This document shows, one piece after another, positions 38,845 through 51,378 of a DNA stretch of 64,000 bases. The notes under the pieces are model-generated. The model was not told where the DNA came from. It did no database searches and saw only the letters and a list, made by a program, of their open reading frames with translations. Position 1 is the first letter of the stretch. Every line of letters begins with the position of its first letter. Source of the stretch: Dicyema japonicum. Lineage: Eukaryota; Animalia; Dicyemida. The stretch covers positions 339,000 through 402,999 of the forward strand of contig RDEW01000028.1 in the NCBI GenBank assembly GCA_011109175.1, written 5' to 3'. A program made the translations under genes and the position numbers.

Positions 38845-39080
38845 ATCTGAAAAAAATGTAACATAAGAAACAAAAGAAAAAAATAATCCACTGCGCGGCT
38901 TGTTCGTGTGATTTTCATATGTCCTGTGTCGGAATAACTAAAAGAGGCCTGGCTGTTATTTTTGATAGGCATTGTCAGTCATGCTCTCTCCCAGAGGATA
39001 CTACATTTTCGAGCATATACACAATCTCAGAACAGCTCTTAAAACCGATGGTGGAGTATAGAGTATTCTAGTATTTCCGT
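38845..39080 (+). mobile_element. PHD-finger-coding 5' fragment, probably of a CRE-like element
   Basis: *KKCNIRNKRKKIIHCAACSCDFHMSCVGIT...HCQSC follows the C4HC3 pattern (first Cys is TGA). Confidence 0.55.
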
Positions 39081-39189
39081 GCCTCCTGGGATTATGGAAT
39101 TTAAATTTGAACCTCTACGCGATTAATTCTTTAAGAGCAAAAATAGTCCGCTTAACTAATTTATCAACTATTTTTCCCATTATTTGATC

Positions 39190-39470
39190 ATGCGGCAATC
39201 CATCACTTTCTGCGGGTCTGAATCGGATCGCTTATATTAATCAGCGTTAGAAGCCGCCCAAAACACGTAAATTGAGGAAAAAACCCACACCTCTCCAAAT
39301 TCTGATAAAAGAGGAGTTTCGTGGATTCAGAAAAGTTATAGGTACTATGGAGGAGCACAGAAAATCCTCTCGATTCTGTTGAGGTCTACCGGAATCACTT
39401 AATTAGACGGTTTAACTCCTTTGTTGGTGTTCCTTTTTCCAGGGTTAGGTAATAAATAGTAAATAAATTA
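39190..39470 (+). mobile_element. LINE family X 3' fragment
   Basis: FRKVIGTMEEHR vs FRKVVGTMEDHR at 46.75 kb; similar tail ...GGAATCACTTAATT...GGGTT..TAATAAA. Confidence 0.65.
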
Positions 39471-39829
39471 CAAGCCATGTGCATCACCGTAAATTATCTT
39501 CATGGTTAGTCTCTTCAACTTTTTTCTCTACACTGCCAATGTGTAGTCCTTGAGATCGTTCCCAATGTTCTAGAGGTCTTAGTCTAGAACGACCTAGCGA
39601 GTGATTCTTTTCCCTTCACAGAAACATGTCATTTAACATGAAACATGAAGTAGATCTCCTAGACAAGAATATATCCTAAGAACTTTCATCCAATCCCCGT
39701 TATCTTCCATGGGTTGGTGGTCGTTCTTTTGTATAAAGCGATTTTTTCACTCTGAAGTGCCCCCGAGATGATGCTTTCTGAACTCATTAAACAGTTTTGA
39801 GCGGTGTTGTCTCCACTAGTAAAGGTTAT

Positions 39830-40200
39830 GTTCAGTCAAGGCCGGCCGCTCTAGAATTGAAAACGCATTTCCTCTGACAAGTTGTAGGGAAATACGTTCA
39901 ATAAGCCAGTTTTTATCTAGCTTATCCCTCATTCTCCTCACGATAAGCTCCCTCTTTGGTTCAGCAAGGTTAGTGATCTACTTCCAATGACCCCTGATTT
40001 CAACGGCGGCTAGTTCAAGATTTTTGTATTTCTTTTAAGGATCTCTGGCCTTTCGAGGCTGATCATTCATATCCAACCTTACACTGACAGTAACTCACCT
40101 AGGATACTACTTTGAGCTACACTTCTGTATCCACTCAAATCTACGAAAACTTCAAAGAACTCAAAATGTGAGCTTACGATCGATTACTGTTTGTACCCTG
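39830..40200 (-). mobile_element. CRE-like 3' fragment
   Basis: KKY...AVE.SGVIGSRSL..L...DKNWLIERISLQLVRGNAFSI. Confidence 0.65.
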
Positions 40201-40638
40201 CATACTCCTGTAGATTACATACATTGAGAATCTTTAATTCTTCAAATGGAAGATCACTTATTTTATTTTTATTTTAAAATCCCAAAACCACAAAGAAAGA
40301 ATTAACTCGCTAAATTAAGTAATCCCAGCCTCCAACCCCGTGACAAAGATGAGATGGTGAAGTCCTTTCTAGTTTTGTCCAAAAAGCACTTCAAAAAAAA
40401 CTTTTTTTGTGACATTCAATGGTTGATGTCAGAAGGTCTCATCTCTTCCATGACCTAAGGTAATACGGAGTATTTGTTATTTTCCTCCTAGAAGCAAAGA
40501 CAAACAACCATATCGATGAGGATTATTGTGAATACAAATTTCTTTTACTAAAAACTGAGTGCAGACAATATGTCCTTCCCTTTCGGCAACCGGTAAATTA
40601 CCACTGGTAAAATAAGGGACCACTTAGGCAGATTCCTA

Positions 40639-41374
40639 GATAGAAGATGTCGAAATTTTGATTTTTTATATTATAGCTAAAATGCGATTTTGAAGATTAA
40701 TTCGACGATATGAGTCACGTGTCCGTGACGATAGGACGTGTGATGAAAATGGAAGAAAGAGGACCTTCTTCTCCACCTCTCTTCAGAAACGGAATCATGT
40801 AATGGATTATTGGAGGATGAATTTGATTGTAACGTGCAGAAGTTCTCCCTTGCGTTCCCTCCTAGGATTAATTACCTATGACTGTTTATGCTGGGCTTAC
40901 CAAAGATTGTAAGCTTGTGGTTAACAAATAATAAAATTAACAAATAACTTTTCGTCAGTATCCATCTTCACTTATTAACAGATCCATAAATTTTATATAC
41001 GACGCTCGAACATGACTGTTCCATAAAATTGGCTATTTTGCCTTGAATCGCCGTTTTCGTTAGCTCAATCAAGTAGTTTTCTTCAGTGCTGAAAATATTA
41101 TTCAGGGACACTATGAGGACATTATCTTTAATATAAACTTGACGGTTACTTTTCAATGTCCTTAATTATTTTGTACTTTAATTAGTAAAATATATAAATT
41201 TTTTTATCACTTTAACTAATAGACACACCAACCTGGTCCATATCGTTGATTAGAATTTAACATTTTTTGAAGAATTGAACTTTTCGATTTCTTCTATCTA
41301 CCCATATGATCGTCGAATTAATCTCCAAAATCAAATTTTAACGATAAAAAATAAAAAATTCGACCTCTTCTATC
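40639..41374. mobile_element. Non-autonomous DNA element with about 70-bp imperfect terminal inverted repeats
   Basis: Left GATAGAAGA.GTCGAA...GATTTTG.AGATTAATTCGACGAT is mirrored at 41303-41374; an internal minus-strand coding remnant is present. Confidence 0.7.
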
Positions 41375-41699
41375 AAGAACCCGATTTCTTCTGTCGCTTG
41401 AATTTACCTAGAACCTCCCTTTCCTGTTAAAAGACTGACAATAGACAAATACTGAAGGATCAATGATAGGATTTTCTTAATTCAATTATGGGCGGGAAAC
41501 TTATATCAATAATCAATTTAAAGTCATTTCTCATGCCAATAATTCCTTCAAAATACATTTAAGAGGTCCTCTATTTTATACAACAGCCTTATAAAGTATT
41601 CATGGATAGCCAACCGTTCTCATTGATGGAGACTGGAATTTGAAAGTGAAAAAAACGGAACAAAAGTGAAACGCTCACTTCTCTACGATTGTCAAGTAA

Positions 41700-41970
41700 A
41701 AATTATTAAGCTGGTTATGACCTATCCATGTAATTAGTGAAGCATCCTCCGATAAATTGTGTAATTTTTGATGGAATAGTTGTAGCAGAGTGGAAGCACG
41801 AAACCCGTGTTGTGAAAGAGTATTTAGTGCAGTCTCCAATAGCATTTCCTTCAACATATCTAGTTGAAAGAGAATTTAGTGCAGTGTCGAATATTTTTTC
41901 ACCAAAAAAAGTAATAAATTACATATTGTGAATAGAAGAGATTTGAGACTAAGTCTGTCATAAGAAGGTG
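41700..41970 (+). mobile_element. hAT (Buster/Charlie) transposase dimerisation-domain remnant
   Basis: IAFPSTYLVEREFSAV...NKLHIVNRRDLRL. Confidence 0.75.
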
Positions 41971-42209
41971 ATTGATCATCGACAAATTAGGAGGGAAAAA
42001 CGGCCGTCAAATGTCCCTTCTTAAGAAGCCAAACATAAAATCCCATTTCTAACAAATAACAATTATTGTCATTTATAAATTTAAATTCATCAATTTATAA
42101 TTAAAAAAAATTATTTAAATAAGAAATCAATTACTGTTTTTGTATCAAATTTGCCTTTTGTGGTGTAAAGATTAAATTTAATATTGTTAGTATCATTTAA
42201 TGCTACGAA

Positions 42210-43063
42210 ATGTCAAATTGGTTTTTTGAAAAGGATTCTCTTATAAACACTCCTTCGTTTGCAGACGGTATTCCTCATCCAACAGAATGCAGCTACCGCC
42301 ACGACGCCATAAAACTGGTCATTAAAGTGGGGAAACACTTATCTCTCCCATATTACACGATTGCCACTGCTGCTGTTTATTTTCACAGATTTTACATGAT
42401 CCATTCCTTCCAAAACTACAACAACTTTGCAATTGGTTTTATCCTTTATTAACCGAGGCATCACATGTCTTTATTTGGCCGGAAAAGCAGAAGAAACCCC
42501 TAAGAAGATCAACGATATTTTAGTTTCATGCAAGAATTGCTGTAAATTGGAAGAGAGACAGCAACTTATGATTGGATTTGGTTCTGAACCACGTGAGAAA
42601 ATGATTACTTTTGAAAGAGTCATTTTGACCTCTATTAACTTTGATTTTAAGGTTGTATGATAATGTTTGTCGAAGGTAGGACATCCATATCTCCACGTCA
42701 TCAAATTTGCTAGTAATATAAAGGGGGATTCCAAACAGATTGAAAAGTTGGTCCAAATGACTTGGAACTTCATAAATGATAGTTTATGTACTTTACTGAA
42801 TTTGGAGTGGGAGTCTGATATTAGTATTTCTCCATGTGACCTTTAGTTGCCGTGTCCCTCATGTGGTTGGCTAGTTTGTGGGGGAAGATCCCTGTTAATG
42901 ACTGGAAGGGAAAAGAGTCTGAACAAGAACATTGGTGGAGTTCGTTTGTGCCAGATATTACAGAAGATATAATGAGGAGTGCCTGTGAATACGTTATTTT
43001 TTGTTATTATTGCAGATTTGTGAATTATATTCTTTAAAGTCAATAGATGAGGGAATAGGTTAA
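42210..43063 (+). CDS. CCNK: Cyclin K (cyclin-box region only)
   Basis: WFFEK.SL..TPS..DGI...E..YR...TIATAAVYFHRFYM.HSF; CLYLAGKAEETPKK; HPY...LVQMTWNFINDSLCT.L.LEWE..I.AV; WW..FVPD. Introns of 22, 24, 23 and 23 nt; ends ICELYSLKSIDEGIG*. Confidence 0.9.
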
Positions 43064-43501
43064 TTCGTTTTTGTTTATTTAGGAATTTCAAATTTTGATA
43101 AATTTTGTTAACTATTTTTATTGTTAAATTATCATGTTATTTATTCACTTTTTTCTTCAATGCAAGACAATTTGAGATCATAGATCCTCCAGTCTCAGCA
43201 CATCAATAAATAACGGAAAGGTGACAGGAAGTCATCATAGAGGAGTAGATCTTTTACAATTTCAGCACATAAATATGGATGGGTGACTGGAAGTCATACT
43301 AGAAGACACTTTATTCGAATCAAAATTATTAAAAAAACATAACTAAGGTCAGTTGTATCTGGTGTAGTTAAGAAATCGATTATGGACTAAGACAGGAGAA
43401 GAGATGGCCTGTCATGTGATTGTCTAGAGTGCAGGAAATGCACAGCGACGAAAATGATCGTCCAATTCTGTTCATGCAGTCTTGTAGAGCAGCATGATGA
43501 C

Positions 43502-44239
43502 TAGGGCGATTTTTTAATTCCTTCTATACAAAAGTGTAGAAAATTTATGCCAAAAGTAACTTGAACGAAGCTATTTTTGAGTTTTTTATATGCATTTATT
43601 GTAGAGTTGGAAAAAAATTGGTTTGATCTACGAAATCGATATAAATATGTGTGAATACACAAATAAATTTCTTCCATAAAAAACAGAAAATCTACCCAAA
43701 ATAATTCTGGTCAGAAAAAAAAATTGTCTTGAAATTGTTGAATATTATTATAAAAATTTTATTAAAGTGAAAAACAACAATAATTTTGATGGAAATTGAT
43801 TTTAATAGAAAGATGCTCGGAAGTAATCTATTAAAATAAACTACGGAGCAATTTATCGACTATTTTATGTCAATATTGGTTTATAAATTGATAACTATGA
43901 CAGGAAAAACTTACTTCACCCATAAAAGACGCACTAACATATTCAAAAATTGTATTTCAGTAACGATGTATGCTGAATTACGAAATATCTGAATTCTAGA
44001 TTTTCTGTTAATGTTTTTTTTATTAAAAATGGAAAATATTTTCTAAACACCAAATATTTTAACCTGAGAACGTTTTTAATTACATTATTTTATATTTTAA
44101 TAAAGTTTTTGATTAGTTTTTTTCATATTTAAATAATTTTTTTCCAGATAAATTTTTCATAAAGTCAAAAATGGTCAAAATTTTAAAGTTAATTTTTTAA
44201 GTCAAAATTTCGGATTTATAAAGTCAAAAAATCGCCCTA
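43502..44239. mobile_element. Non-autonomous hAT element (MITE-like) inserted into a decayed LINE
   Basis: Perfect 14-bp TIR TAGGGCGATTTTTT; 8-bp TSD ATGATGAC (43494-43501) / TTGATGAC (44240-44247). Confidence 0.88.
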
Positions 44240-44459
44240 TTGATGACTGTAGTGGAGGCACCCCAAGAGAACACGAACTTCCCTTAGAAGGGAAGCTTAG
44301 GTTGTGTCCAGAAACATGTTGATATTAGTGCTTTTGATGAAACTAGTAGAAATCCAGTCGTGGATAATTTAGAGGAAAGGAAAGGTGTATAATGTTCTCC
44401 TGTACTTCCCTTAAAAATTAAGTTTATGATGATAACTCAAACATAGAGATAGATTTAGC

Positions 44460-44545
44460 ATTTGAATATATTTTCAAAGATATATAAGCTCGATGGATAT
44501 TTTTGAATATATTTTCAAAGATATATAAACTCGATGGATATTTTT
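44460..44545. repeat. About 42-bp tandem duplication
   Basis: TTTGAATATATTTTCAAAGATATATAA.CTCGATGGATATTT occurs twice. Confidence 0.85.
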
Positions 44546-45439
44546 TAACATTTTTTAAGATTGGACCTGAAAAACATTGCCATGGATGAGATTTTTTCAA
44601 AGTTCACCGATTCCATAAACAGTCAAAGGGCAAAAATTCTTAATAATGATCGAAACTTTAAACCTGAAAATGTTCAGGAATATTTAATTTCATATTACAA
44701 TAAATAATTTCGTTTATTTTTCCATAATCATTTTTTTGTGTAAATTTTGCAATTTTTAAATAAAAATTGCAATTTTCTGATTGCGTAGTCATGACCATAG
44801 CATAGCAAAAGTGCATTAATATTAATATATGTGACTGTATATGTTGAGGTTATACATGGTCTACGTAATTCAGTCCATGTGAGTGAAGGGATACTGTAAC
44901 TACTCCAGTAGGTTTCTGAGTCGTAAAAGCTTTCTTGATGTCAGCAATGAGTCTTTTCTTATCGTCCTAACTGTTTCTGAGGTTTCGAAGCCGATCGATA
45001 TGAAACAGATTAAATCTCCGAGGGTTGAGTTTTTTTCAGTACTATACAAATATTTAATTAAAAAGACCAACAGAAAGACCTTAGAACCCTTATGGATAAG
45101 TGAACTCTCGATAGCACTCAGCAGGAATTCGGCATTCAGAAAGTATATTATTCACAAAGATTAATCGCTTTAACACTAGCCAATTTGGAAATTGCGCGTA
45201 AAGATCGAATTAGCAAAAAGAAATCGGATTCTTTCGCATTTGAATTCTCCAATATTAACGACCGAAATGCTTTTGCTACGGAGCTTTGAATGAGTGTCCC
45301 ATTTGGTGTGAATGGGCATAGAGTTTCCACATTGAGTGGATCAAAAAATTCTAAAAATAAGAATACAAGTTACTAAAAGTTTATTTCTTATTCAAAAAAG
45401 TCAATAAAATGGAAAACTGAAGCAAGAAGGTTGGAACCT

Positions 45440-46440
45440 AACATTCTGGAAGTCTTATCGGAGGCTTGTAGCTCCTGGATCTAAATAAAATGTTGTTACT
45501 TTGAAGAGATCCGATGGTAGTGTTGTCACCGAAACGGATGTTCCTAATGCCTTTCGGGAGCAGCTCAAGATAATTCAAGAAATTGATCCAAAGGATCTGG
45601 TGCTCAAAGAATCTCTTTCGAGTATGAAAATCCTGGACGAGCACGATTTTACAAAATTGTAATTTATAAATTAAAAACCGCTATTAATTTGATGAGCCGA
45701 TTCACAAATAGTCGAAACGTCATTAAGTCTCGTCACTGATTCTAAAATTAAGTCAAAATGTAGCACCTTCGCATTCGACCATTTGCAAGGGATCTGTATA
45801 TTCTAGAATCGACAACCATTCCTTTTGATTCCCATCAATACGTTTAGAAATTGATCTTGTTAAAGTTTGATTGAAGCGTTCCACTATTCCCTAAAATTAT
45901 TTTGTATAATAACCTGGGATCTAGGAATGTTTGGTCCTCCATGGATGTGACGTATTCCTAATTTCTCACATAAAGCTTGAATGTTGACATTTTTAAATTC
46001 AGTCCCGTTTTCCGACTGTAGAATTTGACAAGGTCCATAAAAGTGGGAAAGGGACTCCAAATTCTGGTATACTTCAAATGCCGAGTTATTTAACAGCGGC
46101 CTTGCACAAACGAAACTAACTTGGTTATATATAATTTTAATACAGACTATATACACCACGGATAGGATCCATTAATATCCTTGGTTGACACTGAAATTTT
46201 TTCAGATCAATTAGATCAACCTGAAAATTTGGAGCAGACGCAAAAACATGATTGTTCTCGTCAACAGTCTAAGCAGTTATTTGAAAAAGATAACTTTTAG
46301 AGGAAGCAAAAGCTTACAAACCTCACATTCATTAATAACCTTGCTTATTACGGAATCTTTAATATAAAATAGTTCTGACGGCAGAGAAATTCGATTTTAT
46401 TGATCCCTCCGTGTGAAATCAGATGGAAGGATCTGGCATA
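45440..46440 (-). mobile_element. Intron-containing retroviral-type integrase (Ginger/GIN/KRBA2-like) element, decayed
   Basis: HLISHGGINK...CEVC (HHCC), QVDLID, ILQSENGTEFKN, PRSQ|GIVERFNQTL. GT-AG introns at 46294-46269 (26 nt) and 45913-45891 (23 nt) restore the frame; one in-frame TAA and frameshifts remain. Confidence 0.8.
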
Positions 46441-46449
46441 GGTTTCCAT

Positions 46450-46888
46450 CTCGGACTCACAGTTCAGGTGAATAACCAACATGGAGATTCGCGCTATCGG
46501 AGTCTATGATCCAAAGAGTCAACTCGATACACCAGAAAACAATCAGTATGCTTTGCCCACGTAATGGATCAACAGTCGACCCACTACTCATGGAAGCTAA
46601 GATCTGTAGTCGTGGCTCCGGATTTCTTCGCGTCTGTGAGGAAGATAGAAATCCGCTTCGCCTGATCCTTTCCATGGCAAGAGAAAACCGATTGGATAAG
46701 AAATTCCCCTCCACGATCGGATTCCTCTGCAAGACCGAGAGAAGGCTCTTCCGGAAAGTAGTGGGGACGATGGAAGATCACAGACGTCGAATGGCACAAT
46801 TGATTGCAAGGACTAGGATCACCTAACTGTTTGACTTTTTGTCTTTCTTTTTCGGTGTTCCCGGGGTTATTAAAATAAAATAAATAAA
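46450..46888 (+). mobile_element. LINE family X 3' end, best-preserved copy
   Basis: ORF 46506-46826, then TTTCGGTGTTCCCGGGGTTATTAAAATAAAATAAA. Homologous pieces lie at 7.0, 22.7, 39.3 and 54.2 kb. Confidence 0.6.
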
Positions 46889-46899
46889 CAACTTTATTA

Positions 46900-47690
46900 G
46901 CAAGGAAAATTAAAAAGGGAGTTAGTTGACCTCATGCCGCAAGTCCTGCAAACGCTTGGACTCTATCGTTTATTCTGTGCTGCAACATACGAGTCAATGA
47001 TAGCATCTTTTTTTAGGAAGTCTTCCATTTTTTTCTGCTGCATCTCTTATCGACATTACTAGCAAATTTTCATCTTCATCTAGCTTCTCGTCGAGCCTTT
47101 TGTGTAGAGCAATCTTGATCCCTGCTCTGCTAGATTTTTCAAGAAGCAAGATAAAATGCTCTTTGCAGTGTAATACCATCCTTTCAGTCCATAGAGGAGT
47201 GATGGAATCGTACGTGAAAAAATAAATAAAAACATATCCGTTTCGAATCTCAATTTCCTCATACACAAAATCGCATGGTGGGCTTTCTTCCTTTTGAGTT
47301 TAAAATCGCACAATGTGCTCCCAGATTTCTCAAAAGCTGTTGCGAGATACTTCAGGGAACTCACAATGTTGATTCCGCATACAGAGTTTTTCTGATTTCC
47401 TTTACCATTCCGACTGAAGAACTTCATTGAATTAGATTTTTCTTTTAAGAAGAACTTCATTGCAAGACCGCACCAGTCTTTTATCTCTTCCGTGTACACA
47501 TTGAGTCTCCTCTCTGAGATCATGCTCGATCTCGACACATCAGACAGTAGCACATCGTCTGCGAATATCAATGATATGGTACTTGGTGTAGTAGGAGACG
47601 GTTCTCCAGCTGATCTCTGTTGTAATCGTGAGAGGCAACTCAACGTCGGTAATGTTGGCGGGACCATGTTTGATGGATTTTTGTGTTAAT
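46900..47690 (-). mobile_element. LINE RT core fragment
   Basis: LQQRSAG.P...LIFADD...LKYL...PSLLYG. Confidence 0.65.
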
Positions 47691-48381
47691 TAATTGATGG
47701 CTATTGTTAGGGGAAATATCCTGGCCATTCAGATGCCTTAATCTAATTTTTACATTTAAAAGTGTTCTAATTTAAAAAAAAAATTAATTGATTAATTTTG
47801 TTAATAAATTTTTCCATATTTTTTTAGCACTTAAAAATTAAAATAGCTTTTATAGCAGTTTTAGTATTTATAAAGTAGGTTTTTAATAAATAAAACATGA
47901 TAAAATTACTTTTGTCAGCGCAGCCAGCAGCTATATAACTATTTGTTTTCTTTTCTTTCCTAAATAAAATTTATTTTTTAATAATAAAATTAAAAAAATA
48001 TAGCATTATATCACTTGATGTCCCAATAATAACAGTATTGTAAATTTTTACCAAGTCTCCAATATTGATCACCACGTCTTCACTTCTCATTAGGATGAAT
48101 GAGACAACTACTCATGGGATATTGGAAACCAAAATGGAAGAGTCGGTAGCAGGAAGTATTCATGTTCAAATCTCGTCCGACCAAGAAATAAGTTGATTCT
48201 TTGTATATTGTTATGATAATAACAGAACACTACTTTTATAAGTCACTACTGCAAGGTTATACTATTTTTCTATTCAAACTATCTACCAACTAACAAATGA
48301 GTCACTACTATGCCTTATAGAGAAATAAAAAACAATTAATGTTATAAACACAAATACAGACCAAATTAACCAAACAATAGT

Positions 48382-50503
48382 TCATAAAAGTAACATATCC
48401 ACTCTCTTTTGTTCAGTCTCATCACCATGTTGACTCTATCAATAATAAATTCAATAAACTTCAAATTTACGCCAAAACTTATGTAGTACTCTCCTCTGTT
48501 CCTTAATATATTTGAGTGCCATAAATCCTCTTGAATAAACAGCTCGAGTTCGTGCTATTGTCTTTTCCTGATCATCTCCCTTATTAAGTCGGGAGAGCTC
48601 AAACTTTGCATATGCCAACCAGACCTGCAATAAAAATAATATCAACCTTAAAGTGATTAGTCTTCTCTAGAAGAAGGTCAAATAAATTTCTGACCTTCTC
48701 AGGGTTATCCTGAGAAATCTCATAATCGATGTAGGCCTTCCAAACCACATCAGGAAAATCCATCCTAGGCTGTTCTATAGCCAATTCAAATAGTCCACGT
48801 GCCCGGTCTGCTTCTTCCAAAACAATCTCTAACTCCGCAAACTGAAGTTAAATAAATGTTCACCTTAGTCCACGTAGACGATCTTTCTGGATTAAGCAGC
48901 AACCATTTCTCGTACAATTTACGACATCTCTCAACTTCCCCAAGCTGAATCTCAATATCAATATAGTCACGGAATAATTTATCCTTAGGACATTTCCCCA
49001 CAGCAGTTCCCTCAGAATAAGAAAAATGCAAACCAGTACAAGTCTCGCTTCGTCAATCTCACCACGTCGAATCAGAAATTTGGCAAAAAATAACCAACAT
49101 TTAGCAAATGTAAATTTCTTATGAGGAATAATATCCAACATGAGTTTGTATATCTGTCTGGTTCTATCAAAGTCCTTGGTCTCCAATTCCTCAAAGAAAG
49201 CGTAGTTTATCCACAAATAGATGTAACGACGCCAATATCGCTTTTCCTGCAAATAAAGAATGATCAAATAAATATTTTAAAATTATAAAAACCTGAATAG
49301 GCGGGTAGTGTGCAATTGCTCGCTCGTAGACCTCACGTGTTTCCTGCGTCTTCTTATCAGCCTCGACTAGCCGAATAAGGTCAAAACAGCTGTTATAGTC
49401 GAATGGATCATTTTTGATGGCCTGTTCATACTGAAGCTTCCTCTTTCCGCAAATCATGCTTTCTAACGTAGACGTCGTTCCGTATTTCTTCTCAAAAATT
49501 CCATATAGGCGGTAAACTTCGGTACATTCCTCCTGTGGAAGTGTATCCAGTGCAAAACGGTAGATCACACGTGCTCTCTCATACTGCAAATCAGCAAGTC
49601 TACAACCTCTCTCTGTCTTTCCTCAAAAAGACCAAATGCAGCCAAAAGCTTCTCAGTCATGTAATCTTCGAAATAAATGATCGCACGCTCGAAGATGTGT
49701 CGACTCTGGACTATTCTTCCCCCTCTTTCCTCAAATCTGGCGTATTTCACCCAATTTTCAGGACTATTATGCACCAATATGAATCGTTCAAAAATATTTC
49801 GAGCCAAGTCATGCTCCTTACATCGAATTTCAAAGTTGATGTAGGCATTCCAGGCCTGCTCGTGGGGCTCAAATGCCATCCAACGTTCAAAACTTGTCGA
49901 CAGCCTAAATAATCATTAATACCCACCTGCATAGTTCTTTAGCTTCTCTTCCATATAAACGTACTTGTACCACAGCTGGTTAGCACGAGGGAGAATTCCA
50001 ACCGACCGATCCAGTAAATTACGTGCGTGGTTGACTTGCTTTTGACTAAAATTAGAAGAAAGCTCACGAAATCTCCATTTCTATGTATTTTATCCAAACA
50101 GGAATATTCCTGTGTCAATATCGAGTGCTCTCTCCCAGACTGATCTAGCACGTGGGATCTGCTGTTGATCTGCCTCCCACTTAGCATACTTGATCCAGTT
50201 CGCGATGTTGGATCGGTTTTTCCTGATGTCGTCCTCGAAAATCTAAAATAGTTAATGCACTTAAAACCTTTCTCTGTCGCATTCTATAATCGTCCAATTC
50301 TGCCTGATCGGTTATTTTCTGTTCGGGAGGCTAGAAATTATATGCAATGGACTGACAGCTAGGATTGTCTCGAATTCCCTCTCCTTCGCCACTCTGATTA
50401 GCTGTTCTGCAGTTATTTGTAGAGGTGCTGCACTTTTGTCCTTTACTTTTGCTGACTTTGGCAGTCTAGCAACGATAACACCGTCTTCTGTTAAACGTTT
50501 CAT
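48382..50503 (-). CDS. CRNKL1: Crooked neck-like splicing factor (Clf1/Syf3, HAT repeats)
   Basis: [24 protein letters not shown]...[25 protein letters not shown]...WIKYAKWE; [17 protein letters not shown]; [10 protein letters not shown]; [10 protein letters not shown]; [12 protein letters not shown]. Short introns; two apparent single-base frameshifts (about 50115 and 49890). Confidence 0.93.
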
Positions 50504-50619
50504 TATTTTGTATGACAATCAACTACAACAAAATTATTATTGATTAAATTTAAAAATATTATTAATATTAATAATTTATAAATTAAATTTTAAAATTAAC
50601 TTTTTAATTTAACTTGTCG

Positions 50620-50860
50620 AGTTACACTCTACTGAACTGATTGGACGGTAGCAGATACCTTCACCAGTGGATTTGGTCAGGGAGAAAGTATTAAGATCCC
50701 TTTCAACTACTGTGTCGCGCCAGAAGGACTTGTTGCCTCACGGGTGGGATCTAATTGACCTTCGCTAAAACTCTATTTTTTCGGATTCAGATCCGATGTC
50801 ATCTGACGCTAAGTCAGAAGGCCTATACCTCACTTGGGGCGCCATTTGTGTGGATGGCTT
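50620..50860 (-). mobile_element. SINE family B-related copy
   Basis: TGGCGCCCC head; core GATCCCACCCGTGAGG...CTCCCTGACCAAATCCACTGG shared with 25.2-25.4 kb. Confidence 0.55.
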
Positions 50861-50939
50861 CTTTTTTTAATTTTCACTGACGGTAACTCACCCGAGATTA
50901 TTTAAATAAATACTCCTCCATCCTCGAGCGATCCGCTTT

Positions 50940-51350
50940 TATCATTCACAAATCAAGTGGACTTGGTACCCTCGAAGATCCAAAAGTAAATAAGAATACT
51001 TAAGCTTTTTTGCATTTCCCGGTATTTTTATCCCTTTGTTGTAACTTTTCATCACGCATGAATACGCTTGTTCAGCTCGGATTACTACGCTCTCACTATC
51101 GGCGACAAGTAAATTGGAGGTGATACAAAACCGATGCCTTAGAATATTAGTGAGATTCTCGAAACAAACTCCCATTTCGCTACTAACGAGAACTCTAAAC
51201 CCACCAAAATCATGAATTAACTCACGGAACGCCACCGAGACCTTTGTCTTGGATTAGATAGCATGACTGTTCTTACTTGAATTGTGAGTTCTGCCTAAGC
51301 TGAGGTTTAACCAATGAAAACATTATACTCCTTGCCGACAGGATGTTGTT
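50940..51350 (+). mobile_element. I/Jockey-like LINE C-terminal fragment
   Basis: SKLEVIQNRCLRILVRFSKQT; homologous to 21960-22080. Confidence 0.55.
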
Positions 51351-51378
51351 GCTGTGTTAATGTTTCTAAATCCATTGG

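Noticed and set aside
45688-45725. Hammerhead-ribozyme-like TTGATGAG...GAAAC
   Set aside because: The core starts TTGA rather than CTGA and stem II does not pair. The GTGACGAGTC...GAC segment near 25300 also lacks the GAAA core.
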